Shown piece by piece: positions 31,575 to 43,085 of a stretch of 64,000 nucleotides of DNA. The position numbers and the translations under genes are program-made. The notes below the pieces were generated by a model. It was not told the DNA's origin. It was given only the letters and a program-made list of their open reading frames with translations, and searched no databases. This DNA is from Candidatus Poribacteria bacterium (GTDB lineage Bacteria > Poribacteria > WGA-4E > PCPOR2b). Location: the NCBI GenBank assembly GCA_965198175.1, contig OZ240245.1, positions 3,168,001-3,232,000 of the forward strand. The letters are read 5' to 3'. How positions within the stretch are numbered: position 1 is the stretch's first letter; each line of letters begins with the position of its first letter.

Positions 31575-32165
31575 ATGCGTTACGCGACATCCACACTGAT
31601 AATTCTAACGGTAGTTTCTTCCCTCGGCTGTTTGAGTTCTTCTACCTCTTCCATCAGGTGGAGCGAGAACATCGCTATCTCTGCAACGGCGGACGATTCG
31701 AGGATAAACGATGACAATATGTATTCGGAGGGAGAAACAAGCCCGATAAGGGATGATCCGAACAATCCGGATTCATACGCGGAAGCTGATGAATACAGTC
31801 AGGCTGTCCTTCAATGGGGCAAACCGCAGCAGGTCCAACGGGTTGTTGTGAAAGCCAGAGAAGGACAACTGGAATTTTTCGAAATCCAGTACGAAGATGA
31901 GAACGGGAAATGGAAGACGGTCCGAAGTGTGAGAGACCACATGAGACCCGAATACAAATATACCAGTAAGGAACCAATTACGACTCGCAAAGTCCGCCTC
32001 AGAGTCCCACGCCGATGGGAATCCCGCCGGGTGGGGGGTGAGAAAAGAAGAACCGTGACGGATGGCGGTGCGCCGGTTGTTCGTGACCGAAAAATTCAAG
32101 AGATTGAAGTCTATTATGCTCTGCCCCTCGAAGAAGCATCTGTACCAGAAACATCTGCCCAGTGA
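31575..32165 (+). CDS. Hypothetical lipoprotein, discoidin/galactose-binding-like fold
   Basis: AGGAGG RBS; lipobox SLGC; 'ENIAI', 'INDDN', 'TRKVRLRV', 'EIEVY'. Confidence 0.6.
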   Translation: MRYATSTLIILTVVSSLGCLSSSTSSIRWSENIAISATADDSRINDDNMYSEGETSPIRDDPNNPDSYAEADEYSQAVLQWGKPQQVQRVVVKAREGQLEFFEIQYEDENGKWKTVRSVRDHMRPEYKYTSKEPITTRKVRLRVPRRWESRRVGGEKRRTVTDGGAPVVRDRKIQEIEVYYALPLEEASVPETSAQ

Positions 32166-32174
32166 GAACCGTAG

Positions 32175-33386
32175 ATGATGTTATCTGATGAAGTGAAGAG
32201 CTTGATTCATCTCAGCATCATCCCCGGTGTTGGGAATCAAACGATTAGATGTTTGTTGGCGGCTTTTGGATCCGCTCAGAGGGCTTTGACTGCAACATCG
32301 GAGGAATTAGCTCAAATTGATGGACTGACACGTAATGCGCGGCAACGACTGGTCAACGGCAGGTCACGGGTCTCCTTGAATCGCGAACTTGAACTCATTC
32401 AATCTCATCAGTGCCACATCGTTACGTTTGAGGATGAAACTTATCCACCACTTCTCAAGCAGATTGATGACCCACCGCTATTACTTTATATCAAGAGGCA
32501 GTTGCCTTCGCAAGACACGTTGAGCATCGCGATCGTGGGGTCGCGGAGTCCCACCCTTTATGGGAGAACGACCTGTCATCAACTTAGCCAGCTGCTTGCA
32601 GCACGAGGGGTCACCATCGTCAGTGGGTTTGCACGCGGCATTGATACCTCCGCACACCGGGGTGCACTAGAAGCAGGCGGCCGAACAATCGCCGTGATGG
32701 GAAATGGATTGAGTCACATATACCCAGAGGAAAATCGAGACCTCGCAGATGAGATCCTCGAATCCGGCGGCGCTCTTATCTCTGAGTTCCCGATGACGGT
32801 GCCACCGATGGGAACCAACTTTCCGCTTCGAAATCGCGTCATCAGCGGTCTAACCTATGGAACTCTCGTTGTTGAAGCATCTGAACGCAGTGGATCGTTG
32901 ATTACCGCTCGGCTCGCCGCTGAACAAGGACGCGAAGTTTTTGCGGTGCCAGGACAAATATTCTCAAAGCTTTCTCAAGGTACGCACAGACTTATCAATG
33001 AGGGCGCCACGCTCATCCACTCGGTAGACGATCTTTTTGATGGACTACCCCAGAACTATGTGGAATTGGCAGCCTCAATACCCCCATCCTCTCAAAGCCG
33101 CGATCAGGAGCCGCCCCCGCTTTCAACAATTAGCCATCCACGCCAGTTAACGTTGGAGAATTTATCTCAGTCAGAGGATGTATTGGACGCTCCCCCGGCT
33201 CCCTCTGTACAACTGACCCCAGATGAAGGGGTAGTTCTCTCAGCAATTGATTCCCCCACCTCACACATCGATCAGATTGTTCGGGCATCGCAACTCCCGA
33301 TTAACCGAGTATCCAGTATTCTCCTCACCCTTGAACTAAAAGGAGTCGTCGAGCAGTTGCCGGGCAAACAATTTGCAATAAAATAA
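32175..33386 (+). CDS. dprA: DNA-processing protein DprA
   Basis: 'AIVGSR', 'VSGFARGID', 'NFPLRNRVISG', 'SGSLITA', C-terminal 'LELKGVVEQLPG'. Confidence 0.97.
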   Translation: MMLSDEVKSLIHLSIIPGVGNQTIRCLLAAFGSAQRALTATSEELAQIDGLTRNARQRLVNGRSRVSLNRELELIQSHQCHIVTFEDETYPPLLKQIDDPPLLLYIKRQLPSQDTLSIAIVGSRSPTLYGRTTCHQLSQLLAARGVTIVSGFARGIDTSAHRGALEAGGRTIAVMGNGLSHIYPEENRDLADEILESGGALISEFPMTVPPMGTNFPLRNRVISGLTYGTLVVEASERSGSLITARLAAEQGREVFAVPGQIFSKLSQGTHRLINEGATLIHSVDDLFDGLPQNYVELAASIPPSSQSRDQEPPPLSTISHPRQLTLENLSQSEDVLDAPPAPSVQLTPDEGVVLSAIDSPTSHIDQIVRASQLPINRVSSILLTLELKGVVEQLPGKQFAIK

Positions 33387-33398
33387 GAGATTGAGATT

Positions 33399-34370
33399 AT
33401 GCGCTCAAAAAATTTGGACTTTGAAAAACCACTCATCGAGTTAGATCAACACATTGCAGACCTGAAAGCCTTTGCCGAAGCAAATCCAGAGTCGAGCATT
33501 ACTGAAAATATTAGAGCTCTCGAAGTTGATTCTAATCGATTTACCCGGCAAACCTTCCAGAAACTTACTCGGTGGAATAAAGTTTGGCTGGCGAGACATG
33601 AAGAACGCCCACAAACCCCGATATATGTCAACGCTCTCTTCGATAATCCGATTGAACTGCACGGAGACAAGCTGTATGACGACGATCGAGCGTTGACTGG
33701 CGGTCTTGCCTGGTTCGATGGGCAGCCAATTGTCTATCTTGCCCATCAGAAGGGCACGAATCTTAAAGAGCGACAAGCGGTCAATTTTGGAATGCCCCAC
33801 CCAGAGGGGTATCGCAAGGCACGGCGGTTAATGAAATTTGCTGAAAAGTTTAATCGCCCCGTAATCAGCTTTGTCGACACGCCCGCTGCTCATTTCGATA
33901 GAGGCTCGGAAGAGCGTGGACAAGCGATGGCGATTGCGGAAAATTTGGCGGAGATGTCTCGTTTACAGGTGCCAATGATTGTCGTAGTGATTGGTGAGGG
34001 AGGTAGTGGAGGAGCGATAGCCATCGCAATGGGCGATCGGGTGCTAATGATGGAATACTCCATCTATTGCGTCGCGCCGCCAGAAGCGTGCAGCGGTATC
34101 GTGTGGAAGGACGATGGGGCGCACGCTCCTGACGCCGCAGAAGCTCTGAAACCCACCGCAGCGGATCTGCTGGAATTCGGCATTATTGATGGAATCATCC
34201 GTGAACCGATTGGTGGGGCACATCGCGATGTCTCGTTGGCTACCAAGCGTGTCAAATCTGCGATTCGGAAACATCTGAAAGAGTTGATGCAACTCGATCT
34301 CGATGTGTTACTTCAGCAGCGATATGAACGATACCGCAGAATAGGAATCTACGGTGAAGAAAATCTTTGA
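33399..34370 (+). CDS. accA: Acetyl-CoA carboxylase carboxyltransferase alpha subunit
   Basis: 'LDFEKP', 'NFGMPHPEGYRKA', 'GEGGSGGA'. Confidence 0.97.
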   Translation: MRSKNLDFEKPLIELDQHIADLKAFAEANPESSITENIRALEVDSNRFTRQTFQKLTRWNKVWLARHEERPQTPIYVNALFDNPIELHGDKLYDDDRALTGGLAWFDGQPIVYLAHQKGTNLKERQAVNFGMPHPEGYRKARRLMKFAEKFNRPVISFVDTPAAHFDRGSEERGQAMAIAENLAEMSRLQVPMIVVVIGEGGSGGAIAIAMGDRVLMMEYSIYCVAPPEACSGIVWKDDGAHAPDAAEALKPTAADLLEFGIIDGIIREPIGGAHRDVSLATKRVKSAIRKHLKELMQLDLDVLLQQRYERYRRIGIYGEENL

Positions 34371-34393
34371 AACGTGAGTAAGGCGGGTGTCAA

Positions 34394-35878
34394 GTGTCAC
34401 ACTTTAGGACGACTTCTCAATCGTTTATCGTCTCCCTTCTGATTCACCTCTTGATTGCTTTTGTCTTGGGTGTGTTTTTAGTAACTCAGACGCGAACGTT
34501 TCGTGATCTCATTGACGCAAGCATTCTGCGACCAGCTAACCCTCCTAAGCCGAAAATCCGCAAACCGATGATCAAGCCTATCACCAAGCCTACCGTTCCC
34601 ACTCAATCAATGACTGCTGTCGACCGAGTGCAACCAACCCCCCGTGTCACAACAGCGGTGACCTTCAGAAGCCCTCGCGTTACCAGTGAGCAGGAAATTG
34701 AATTTTCCAATCGCCGCCTACAGCTCGACTCACCTCCCAACCCAAACCGACCAAGGATTGTCGACCCCGATCAACCAACTACCAACCTAATCACCCATGT
34801 CAATCTCCCCGACTCCGAATCTCCAGGGGTGTTAGAATCTTCTACGTCTGTTCCGGACGGAGGCGGCAGTGTTTACCGGTTGACCCATCGTGGAATTAGC
34901 GGTGCACACCACGACATTCCGATTGGGCAGAGCCGCCACCGTATGGCATCAGGAATCCAATCCCTACTTGATGCAACTGACGCCGAGCCTTCTGCGCTCA
35001 ATGCTTTGAACCGCCAGATTCGATTGGGAAATCAACTAATGGTTCCACTCAAGGCGAACGAATTAGGTGCCCGAATTTACACCGACCCCTGCACTGGTAT
35101 GCCCACCGGCTATTTTCATATCTGTTATGTCCGTTTTCGCCAACGAGGCATGAATGAATTTTTTCGCGTTGATCCGACCGCCCTATACTTCTTGGTGAGA
35201 TGGATGACGCATAGCACGCACATCAAGGGCAGAATCGCTGGTCGAACGCTTTTTCTTGATGACCCTGGGATCCACGAATCACCCATGCTCTATATGAATG
35301 GCACACGGGCAGCGCGCCTGCGCCCTGCAGAAAAGTGGAACCTCAGACGTTACCTCGTTGAGAAAGGCGGCTTCATCTTTGTTGATGACGACATGGGGGA
35401 AGGTAGCGCATCCGTCCGAGCTTTTGCGCGTTCTCTGCGCGCACAGTTCCGGGAGATAATCCTTCAGGCGGGTGGCAGAGAACTCACGAAGATTCCGAAC
35501 GATCACCCAATCTGGAATGAACCGTTTAAGCTCGGTGGGCAACCTGCAAGTCCCAATCCCTATAGCCGACCGACCCTTCCGATGACAGCGTTTGAGTTGA
35601 ACGGACGTCTCTCCGTTGTCATTAGTTATGACGATTATAACAACGGTTGGGAAGCTCCCGGCAGGGGTATGGGCGGGATCGATTTTGTGCCTTCAATCCT
35701 ACGCATGGGCGCGAATTTTATGCTCTATGCAGGGACGCATGGTAGGATTAGTGATTACACGCACTATATTCCGCCCGAGAAGTGGAGAAATGAGGATGCC
35801 CTGGAACCTGTGCCGACACGAGCGCCTCAAGCCGCTTCTATTTCAGCCGTAGACCGCCATTTGGATGGTTTCAAGTAA
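34394..35878 (+). CDS. Membrane-anchored DUF4159-like domain protein with Pro-rich linker
   Basis: N-terminal TM 'SLLIHLLIAF'; 'PMLYMNG..NLRRYL..GGFIFVDD', 'IPNDHPIW', 'MGANF..YA'. Confidence 0.7.
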   Translation: MSHFRTTSQSFIVSLLIHLLIAFVLGVFLVTQTRTFRDLIDASILRPANPPKPKIRKPMIKPITKPTVPTQSMTAVDRVQPTPRVTTAVTFRSPRVTSEQEIEFSNRRLQLDSPPNPNRPRIVDPDQPTTNLITHVNLPDSESPGVLESSTSVPDGGGSVYRLTHRGISGAHHDIPIGQSRHRMASGIQSLLDATDAEPSALNALNRQIRLGNQLMVPLKANELGARIYTDPCTGMPTGYFHICYVRFRQRGMNEFFRVDPTALYFLVRWMTHSTHIKGRIAGRTLFLDDPGIHESPMLYMNGTRAARLRPAEKWNLRRYLVEKGGFIFVDDDMGEGSASVRAFARSLRAQFREIILQAGGRELTKIPNDHPIWNEPFKLGGQPASPNPYSRPTLPMTAFELNGRLSVVISYDDYNNGWEAPGRGMGGIDFVPSILRMGANFMLYAGTHGRISDYTHYIPPEKWRNEDALEPVPTRAPQAASISAVDRHLDGFK

Positions 35879-36058
35879 CTGCGACGACCTGTAAAACTGC
35901 TATAGAATCTCCATCCGCTTCTCTCCATATCGCTGCGACATGTAGAGTATTTCATCGCGTTCTGCAGTAAACGCTAATCTAGCTCATCCTTCTTGCTCAT
36001 GTATTCTTCAGCATCATTTTTCAATTGAACCCGCCGGAACGGTAAGAGAAGGCTAAAT

Positions 36059-36784
36059 ATGCGCATTCGTGCGCGATTCATCTGGAACTATGTCGCGATT
36101 GTCTTGGTAATATTGCCGGCAATTTCGTAATACCTGAATCACGCTCTGAGACAGATGCTAGATGGGCGAATCACCGACGAATTAAGAGTTAAATCGAAAT
36201 TGACGCGCGAGTTTCTGATTAAGCCCCTGCCAGATACGCTTGATTACAAGGCAGTAGATGCGCTGATAGACAAACTTGGAGAAGCCACCGAGGCGCGCCT
36301 GACCTTTAGCGGGGTTGATGGAACGGTGTGGGGGGAGACCGAACGGGATGGGAAATCTTAGCGCCAGATGGACAATCGCCGTAATCGTCTAGATGTACAA
36401 GACGCCTTGTCCAGTGGAAGTAGCATAGCCGATCGATACAGCACCACTATTGAAACTTCCCTGCGTTATTACGCACTGCTGGTCTTTCGCCAAAGCGAGG
36501 TGATTGGCATCTACCGGGCGGGATAGCCCATGCGTGAGGTCAATGCTGCCCTTGCCCGTTTTAATCACGCCGTCGTATTGACAAGCGGCGTTGGACTTGT
36601 CGGCGTGATTCTTTTGAGTATCATGGCTGCGGGACGAACCGCTAAACCCATCCAGGAACTAGTTCAAACCACGAAGGCACTTTCAGAAGGCGATGTCACT
36701 GCGCGTGTGCACACTTCTACGTCCGGGGAGCTCGCACAGTTGTGCCGTCATTTCAATCATGTGGCGCATCGGGTTGAAGCGCAA
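36059..36784 (+). pseudogene. phoR: PhoR-like sensor kinase remnant (TM, sensor, HAMP; kinase core missing)
   Basis: One frame with stops at 36128 (TAA), 36359 and 36524 (TAG); 'MDN..NR.DV..A...RYSTT', HAMP 'KPIQEL...GEL..L...FN'. Confidence 0.75.
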
Positions 36785-37259
36785 TCCGGAAACACAACGG
36801 ATTCCTGTGGTGATGTTGACAGCGAAAGGAGAGGAGGCAGATCGGATTGTTGGGCTGGAGTTGGGAGCGGACGATTACATCACCAAACCCTTCAGCCTCA
36901 GAGAAGTTGTCCTGCGGGTTCAAGCCATACCTAGTCGCATTGCCGGCGATCGAAACGCATCTTCTACCTCAAAACTTCGTGTCAACGGATTGACAATCGA
37001 TCTGGAAAAACTTCATGGCTTCAGTGAAGCGGGGTAAATCGATCTGACTTCTACTTAGTTCAAGATGCTGTCGTTATTCGTCGGGGCACCGGGCCGTGTC
37101 TTTACCCGTAGTATTTTGATGGAAGTGGTTTGGGGACAGGAGTACTACGGCGTGGATCGCACGATAGACACGCACATCAGCCGGTTGCGACGCAAATTGG
37201 GAGATTTTGGCGATCTCATTGAGACCGTGCATGGAGTCGGTTATTGGTTCAAAGTGTAG
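36774..37259 (+). pseudogene. phoB: PhoB/OmpR-family response regulator remnant (N-terminus missing)
   Basis: '[32 protein letters not shown]'; stops at 37035 and 37056; 'RTIDTHISRLRRKLG...TVHGVGY'. Confidence 0.85.
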
Positions 37260-37271
37260 CTCCCGTCACAA

Positions 37272-37952
37272 CTATACTGAATTGTCCTTATGCTTCAAGG
37301 CGCCCGGATGCCGAATCACATCGCCTTCAACGAGGTAATACACCTCTTCGCCGATATTTGCCGCCAAATCGCCAATCCGCTCCAAATGGCGGAAGAGCAG
37401 CAAGGTGCTGATACCAGGGCGGATGAGTTCAGGTCGCTCAATCATGTAAGTCAACAGTTCGCGCAAGGTCTGGTCGTAGATGGCGTCCACTTGCTCATCT
37501 CGTTCCCGAACCTCTTGCGCTAAGACAGCGTCGCGGTTTACAAAGGCATCAAGCGAGTCTTTCACCATCTCCTGAACAATCCCTGCGACGCGGGGCAGAT
37601 CGATAAACGGTTTAACGGGTGCATCCTGCATCAATTCAAGGCTTCGCTGCGCGATATCGACCGACTTATCCGCCATTCGCTCTAGGTCGCGGTTTATCTT
37701 CATCGCCATCGTGAGAAAACGGACATCTGACGCTGCGGGCTGATGGAGCGCGATGAGCTGGATGCAGTATTCTTCGATCTCATTCTCAAGTGCATCGGCT
37801 TCGTCATCATCGTCAATGACAGCGTGAGCAAGTTCCACGTCGCGGTTGAGAACGGACTCTACCGCTCGGCGCAGCATATCTTCTGCCAACCCCCCGAGTC
37901 GGAGCAGTTTCTGTTGGAGTTCCTTTAATTCGAGTTCAAAGTGGCGCTGCAT
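37272..37952 (-). CDS. phoU: Phosphate signalling complex protein PhoU
   Basis: 'HQPAASDVR', 'DLERMAD', 'LERIGD.A.NI'. Confidence 0.96.
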   Translation of the reverse strand: MQRHFELELKELQQKLLRLGGLAEDMLRRAVESVLNRDVELAHAVIDDDDEADALENEIEEYCIQLIALHQPAASDVRFLTMAMKINRDLERMADKSVDIAQRSLELMQDAPVKPFIDLPRVAGIVQEMVKDSLDAFVNRDAVLAQEVRERDEQVDAIYDQTLRELLTYMIERPELIRPGISTLLLFRHLERIGDLAANIGEEVYYLVEGDVIRHPGALKHKDNSV

Positions 37953-38099
37953 TGTGGCACCTCCTTTCACTGGATGATTTTAGTATCGCTCATCCCGTCC
38001 ATCAAGAGATTTCTGGGCTCATTAAGTGAATGCGTGGTCGGTAATGCCTACGTGATGAATAGTCATTCAGACCGATTGCCCCCAGAAGTTTATGACCAA

Positions 38100-38879
38100 T
38101 TAACCAAACTTGCCTGTGATGTAAGCTTCCGTCCGAGAATCCCCCGGTTTGGTGAATATTTTTTCCGTAACACCGAACTCAATCAGTTCGCCGAGGTAAA
38201 GGAAAGCGGTAAAATCAGAGACGCGCGCCGCCTGCTGCATGTTGTGCGTGACGATTAGAACTGTATAGTTGTCTTTCAGTTCCAGAATCAGTTCCTCGAT
38301 TTTACCCGTGGCGATTGGATCGAGAGCTGAACACGGCTCATCAAGCAACAACACCTCGGGTTCAATCGCCAAAGTCCTGGCGATGCATAGCCGCTGTTGT
38401 TGTCCACCGGAAAGTGCGTACGCGTTGTCTTTGAGCTTGTCCTTTACTTCATTCCAAAGCGCAGCCTTTTTGAGACTCTCTTCAACAATCGTGTCAAGCT
38501 CAAGACGGTTGCGGACTCCTGAAATTTTAGGACCATAAGCCACATTGTCATAGATCGATTTTGGAAACGGGTTCTGCTTCTGAAAGACCATCCCAAGCCG
38601 CAAACGCACCTCAACCGGATCGATTGCGGGAGAATAAAGATCCTCGCCTTCCAAGAGGATCTGTCCCGCCAGCTTAAAAGTGGGGATGAAGTCGTTCATC
38701 CGATTGAAGCAGCGGATGAGCGTACTCTTGCCACATCCGGATGGACCAATCAACGCGGTCACTTTGTAACGTTCAATATCAAACGAAATATCTTTCAGCG
38801 CCGGTGTTGTGCTATACCAAGCGTTGACATTTTGCACATTCAAGATGGAGTGTACTTTTTCGGCTTGCGAGTCTTTCAT
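38100..38879 (-). CDS. pstB: Phosphate ABC transporter ATP-binding protein
   Basis: [44 protein letters not shown]. Confidence 0.97.
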   Translation of the reverse strand: MKDSQAEKVHSILNVQNVNAWYSTTPALKDISFDIERYKVTALIGPSGCGKSTLIRCFNRMNDFIPTFKLAGQILLEGEDLYSPAIDPVEVRLRLGMVFQKQNPFPKSIYDNVAYGPKISGVRNRLELDTIVEESLKKAALWNEVKDKLKDNAYALSGGQQQRLCIARTLAIEPEVLLLDEPCSALDPIATGKIEELILELKDNYTVLIVTHNMQQAARVSDFTAFLYLGELIEFGVTEKIFTKPGDSRTEAYITGKFG

Positions 38880-38886
38880 CGTTGCC

Positions 38887-39765
38887 TCACAGGTATTGTT
38901 TCTGATAACGGTTGCGCAAAAAGATAGCGAGCGCATTCAAGAGCAGCGTCACCGCCAACAGGACAACAATTCCTGCTGCGGCGTTAATGTGAAAATCTTT
39001 CTGTGGTCGGGAAACCCAATTGAATATCTGAATGGGTAACGCCGAAAATGAAGAGAGCGGGTCGTCAGGCAGAAACGGGACATAGGTCAGTGCCCCGATT
39101 GTAATCAATGGAGCGGTCTCACCAATCGCACGGGAAATTGCAAGGATTACGCCGGTGAGAATCCCCGGAAATGCCATGGGCAAGACATGGTGACTTATCG
39201 TCTGCCAACGTGAGGCGCCTAATGCGTATGCCGCTTCGCGGATGGTATCCGGCACTGACCGAATTGCCTCGCGAGCGGCAATTATGACAATCGGAAGCAC
39301 CAGTAACACCAATGTTAACGCCCCCGCTAGAAGGCTCTTATCCAAGCGCATTGCCCTGACAAATAGTCCCAAACCTAAGAGCCCATAGATAATCGAAGGG
39401 ACCCCTGCTAAATTGGCGACATTCACTTCAATGATGCGACTGATACGACTTGATTGATTTGTATATTCTTCAAGATAGATTGCGGCGCCCACACCTATCG
39501 GGACGCCAATTAACGCGGTTAGGATAATCAGGTACACACTTCCGACCAACGCCGAGAAAATTCCAGCTTCTGCCGGCTTTCGGGAGGGAAAGCTGGTGAG
39601 AAATTCCCAACCGAGTCGTGGAACTCCGTCGATTAGCGCATCAATGAGCAACGCTCCCAATGTTATAAGCGCAATCAACACGCCGATTGCTGCAACAAGC
39701 TGAAAGATTCGATCGTTCCACTTTTGTCGGTTGAGTAGCGTTTTGAGTTGCGTTCTTGAGGTCAT
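38887..39765 (-). CDS. pstA: Phosphate ABC transporter permease
   Basis: '[13 protein letters not shown]', 'RAIGETAP'. Confidence 0.96.
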   Translation of the reverse strand: MTSRTQLKTLLNRQKWNDRIFQLVAAIGVLIALITLGALLIDALIDGVPRLGWEFLTSFPSRKPAEAGIFSALVGSVYLIILTALIGVPIGVGAAIYLEEYTNQSSRISRIIEVNVANLAGVPSIIYGLLGLGLFVRAMRLDKSLLAGALTLVLLVLPIVIIAAREAIRSVPDTIREAAYALGASRWQTISHHVLPMAFPGILTGVILAISRAIGETAPLITIGALTYVPFLPDDPLSSFSALPIQIFNWVSRPQKDFHINAAAGIVVLLAVTLLLNALAIFLRNRYQKQYL

Positions 39766-40673
39766 TCGTACCTTTCCCTAAAGCGCTGGCGCATCCGGTC
39801 GGCGAAGATGTTGAGTACAAAAGTTGAAAGAAACAGAACCATACCCACCGCAAAAATCGTTCGGTATTCAAGCGTGCCGCTCGGCGTGTCACCCAAACTG
39901 ACCTGAACGATGTAGGTAGTTATCGTCTCAATGGCGACCAACGGGTTAAACGTGAGATTGGCTTTCTGGCCCGCTGCGATTGAAACCAACATCGTCTCAC
40001 CGATGGCGCGCGAAACTGCGATAACAAAAGATGCCGTGATACCGGAGAACGCTGCTGGTACAACTACCCGCCAAGCTACCTGAAGACGCGAAGACCCCAA
40101 CGCATAGGCTGCATCTCGCAAACTCCGTGGCACGGCAAACATCGCATCCTCGCTTAACGACGAGACCAGCGGTAAGATCATGATGCCCATTACAATGCCG
40201 GGCGAAAGCGCGTTAAACCCTTCAAGAGAAGGAATAAAACGCTGCAAAAGCGGCGTGACAAATAGCAGGGCAAAGTAGCCATAGACAATTGTGGGAACGC
40301 CAGCCAATATCTCCAAGATGGGTTTCAACACGCGCCGCAGCCTATCTGGCGCGTATTCGCTCAGGAAGATTGCTGTCAATATTCCTAGTGGCACCGCCAT
40401 GAGCATGGCGATTAGCGACGTTAAGACAGTCCCTGACAGGAGCGGAAGCACTCCGAACCGTTTGTTGACGGAGAGCGGTGCCCACTCTGTGCCGGTTAGA
40501 AAATCGAAGACCGAAACCTCCTCGAAAAAGGCGATTGTCTCGAACAAGAGCACGCCGATGATGCCAACGGTCGTTAAAATTGAGAGCAGTCCACAAGCCA
40601 AAAGGCTCCGTTCAATGATTCGTTCAATGATTTGCTCGATGATTCGAGATAGCTTTTTCTGCTTGGTTTTCAT
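39762..40673 (-). CDS. pstC: Phosphate ABC transporter permease
   Basis: '[12 protein letters not shown]', 'SRAIGETM'. Confidence 0.96.
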   Translation of the reverse strand: MKTKQKKLSRIIEQIIERIIERSLLACGLLSILTTVGIIGVLLFETIAFFEEVSVFDFLTGTEWAPLSVNKRFGVLPLLSGTVLTSLIAMLMAVPLGILTAIFLSEYAPDRLRRVLKPILEILAGVPTIVYGYFALLFVTPLLQRFIPSLEGFNALSPGIVMGIMILPLVSSLSEDAMFAVPRSLRDAAYALGSSRLQVAWRVVVPAAFSGITASFVIAVSRAIGETMLVSIAAGQKANLTFNPLVAIETITTYIVQVSLGDTPSGTLEYRTIFAVGMVLFLSTFVLNIFADRMRQRFRERYE

Positions 40674-40758
40674 AGGAATCGGTCATCGCAATTGAGGGGT
40701 TCGATGAAAAATCGAAAGGAACCCCATCGTTGTTCGACCACGAAATACTGAGAGTCCC

Positions 40759-41766
40759 TTAATTCATGTCACCGCGGAGCACGTCATCAATCGAGACACC
40801 CGTTGTCGAGCCTTTACCGCCGAAGACTGAACCGGTGACGCGGTTTTGGAAACGCTGCCGGATGAGTTGGTATGTCTCGTCCGGCAGCGGAATGTAGTCA
40901 ACTTCCTCCGTCAATGTTTTCGCGTGCTTTAGATAGAACTCAACAAATCTCTCAACCTCAGGACGATCAGCGGACTGCTTGCTTACGTAAATGAAAATTG
41001 GCCTTGAGAGCGGCTGATAGGTCGCATTCTTGACCGTTTCAAGTGAGGGTACGATTGGGCCGTCGCCGTTGTCCGATTTTTCATCATCAATCGGTACGAG
41101 CTTCAGAATATCCCGATTCGCTTCGTAGTAGGCGAGTCCAAAGACCCCGAGCGCGTACCGGTCATAGGCGACCGCCTGCACAAGCACATTGTCATCTTCG
41201 CTAACGACAAAATCGCCGCGACTCGCTCCCTCTTCGCCACAGACGGCTTTCGTAAAGTAGTCATAGGAGCCAGAATCCGCCCCCGGACCAGCCAGTGAGA
41301 TCTTCTTTTTGGGCCACTCAGGTCGAATCTGATTCCAATACATGATTTGTCCCTGTGACTCCGGCTCCCAAAGCTTTTTGAGTTCCGCAACGGTCAAGTA
41401 ATCCACCCAATCATTTTTCGGGTTGATTGTAACCGCCAATCCGTCGAATGCCACCGGCAGTTCAATGTATTCGATGCCGTTCTTCTTGCACAATTCCACC
41501 TCGGTCGGTTTGATAGGACGCGACGCATTGGTCACGTCGGTTTCGCCCCGCCCGAATTGCTTAAACCCGCCGCCGGTTCCGGAAATACCAACAGTAACTC
41601 TGAGTTTGCGGTTTTCTTTCTGGAATTCTTCAGCCACCGCTTCGGTGATAGGGAAGACGGTGCTAGAACCATCCACTTCAATCAAATAGGAATCGTCGCC
41701 ACAACCGCTGAAAAACACGCTCGACAGGAGCGCAAGTATGCCGATCCATCTGAATCGATAATACAT
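40759..41766 (-). CDS. pstS: Phosphate ABC transporter substrate-binding lipoprotein
   Basis: Lipobox [35 protein letters not shown]; upstream in-frame ATG at 41868 also has a GGAGG. Confidence 0.96.
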   Translation of the reverse strand: MYYRFRWIGILALLSSVFFSGCGDDSYLIEVDGSSTVFPITEAVAEEFQKENRKLRVTVGISGTGGGFKQFGRGETDVTNASRPIKPTEVELCKKNGIEYIELPVAFDGLAVTINPKNDWVDYLTVAELKKLWEPESQGQIMYWNQIRPEWPKKKISLAGPGADSGSYDYFTKAVCGEEGASRGDFVVSEDDNVLVQAVAYDRYALGVFGLAYYEANRDILKLVPIDDEKSDNGDGPIVPSLETVKNATYQPLSRPIFIYVSKQSADRPEVERFVEFYLKHAKTLTEEVDYIPLPDETYQLIRQRFQNRVTGSVFGGKGSTTGVSIDDVLRGDMN

Positions 41767-41910
41767 GATAAACCACTCACCTCTCTTCCATCGGTCGAAA
41801 CCGCAGAACACGATCTTTACACTAAGAATACTTAGGAGGCTCGCACCTCCCTGAAAATGGGTTTGCATAACACCTCCACTTCATGGACGTTGTAAGTGTA
41901 ACACTCAGAT

Positions 41911-41928
41911 GTTACAAATTTATGACAT
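41911..41928 (-). promoter_or_regulatory. Pho box-like site upstream of pstS
   Basis: Minus strand ATGTCAT-AAAT-TTGTAAC resembles the CTGTCAT-A(A/T)A(T/A)-CTGTCA(C/T) consensus. Confidence 0.7.
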
Positions 41929-42123
41929 TTCTGCGACTTTGTGAAGAAAATTTTACTCTAGGGGACGGTGGATTATGCGCTACCCCGGTTCCTTCGGAAC
42001 GTCCTCTCGCCCGCATGGGCGGCGATTGGGTTGTCATTCTCCAACTTTCGTTGTGGCTAGACTGTTGAGCAAAGGACATCTCAAACCGTAAGAGCGTCTT
42101 AAACCTAATGGGGGTTGCGTTGG

Positions 42124-42924
42124 CTAGCTCATGGATGTTCCACCATCGACATGGATGCTCTGACCGGTGATGTTCCGCGCCTCCTCCGATGCCAAGAACG
42201 CCACCAGGTTGCCGATATCCTCCGGCGTCTGCTCTCGCTGAAGAGGAGTGTTCTGTTTCACCCAAAGGTCGAACACCTGACGCGGCTCAAGGTCAGTGTA
42301 ATCGGAATTGTCTCGCGCGACGAGCGGGGCGAGTTTCCGCCAGAACGCGGTCCAGACCAAGCCCGGACAGACCGCATTCACATTGATATTGTGGGGACCG
42401 AGATCCTTGGCTACCAATCGTGTCAGGTTCAAAAGGGCGTTTTTCGCTGCCGCATAGGCTGGCAAAACTTGTGGGTCTCGCTTTGCCGCGATGGAGGAGA
42501 TGTTGATTATCTTCCCATACTTTCGTTCCATCATATGCGGTGCAACGGCTTTGCAGAGGAAAAACGGACCTTTGACGTTGACGGCATAGTTGTCGTCCCA
42601 GTCCGCCTCGGTCTGGTTCGTGAAGGGCAGCCCTAACTGCTCGCCGAAATGTCCGGCGTTATTCACAAGGATGTCCAGGTTCCCGAACGCATTCCGCGCC
42701 TCATTCACTAAATCTTTGCAGTCATCCTCACTCGTCACATCTGACCGAACCGCAAGTCCGCGCCGACCCGTGTCCTCTATCATTTCGACACAACGCCTCG
42801 CGGCGTCCAAGTTTATGTCCGACACAACTATATCCGCACCTTCTCGTGCGAGGCACGCGCATATACCGCGCCCCATCCCGCCGCCACCACCGGTAACAAC
42901 GGCAATTCTACCTTCTAAGCGCAT
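42124..42924 (-). CDS. SDR family NAD(P)-dependent oxidoreductase
   Basis: TGGGGGMG, NNAG, YAAAK, VCPG, 'ITGQSIHVDGG'; AAGGAG RBS. Confidence 0.95.
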   Translation of the reverse strand: MRLEGRIAVVTGGGGGMGRGICACLAREGADIVVSDINLDAARRCVEMIEDTGRRGLAVRSDVTSEDDCKDLVNEARNAFGNLDILVNNAGHFGEQLGLPFTNQTEADWDDNYAVNVKGPFFLCKAVAPHMMERKYGKIINISSIAAKRDPQVLPAYAAAKNALLNLTRLVAKDLGPHNINVNAVCPGLVWTAFWRKLAPLVARDNSDYTDLEPRQVFDLWVKQNTPLQREQTPEDIGNLVAFLASEEARNITGQSIHVDGGTSMS

Positions 42925-42982
42925 GTGAGGCTCCTTTCGAGAAGTTAGATGGACTAGCAATGCCCCGCACAGACAGCACGCA

Positions 42983-43017
42983 AAGAAACCGAGTTTTTCA
43001 AAAAAACTCGGTTTCTT
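42983..43017. repeat. Palindromic repeat AAACCGAGTTTT...AAAACTCGGTTT, copy 1
   Basis: Long inverted repeat; second copy at 59219-59248. Confidence 0.8.
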
Positions 43018-43085
43018 CCGATTACCCCTCACTGTCGTTGAAAAAAATTACTATAGTTTCCATGATATATTTACGTTTTGACGGT

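Noticed and set aside
16912..33386. comM, ssb, radA and dprA as a competence island
   Set aside because: Scattered among housekeeping genes and widespread in bacteria; no uptake genes here
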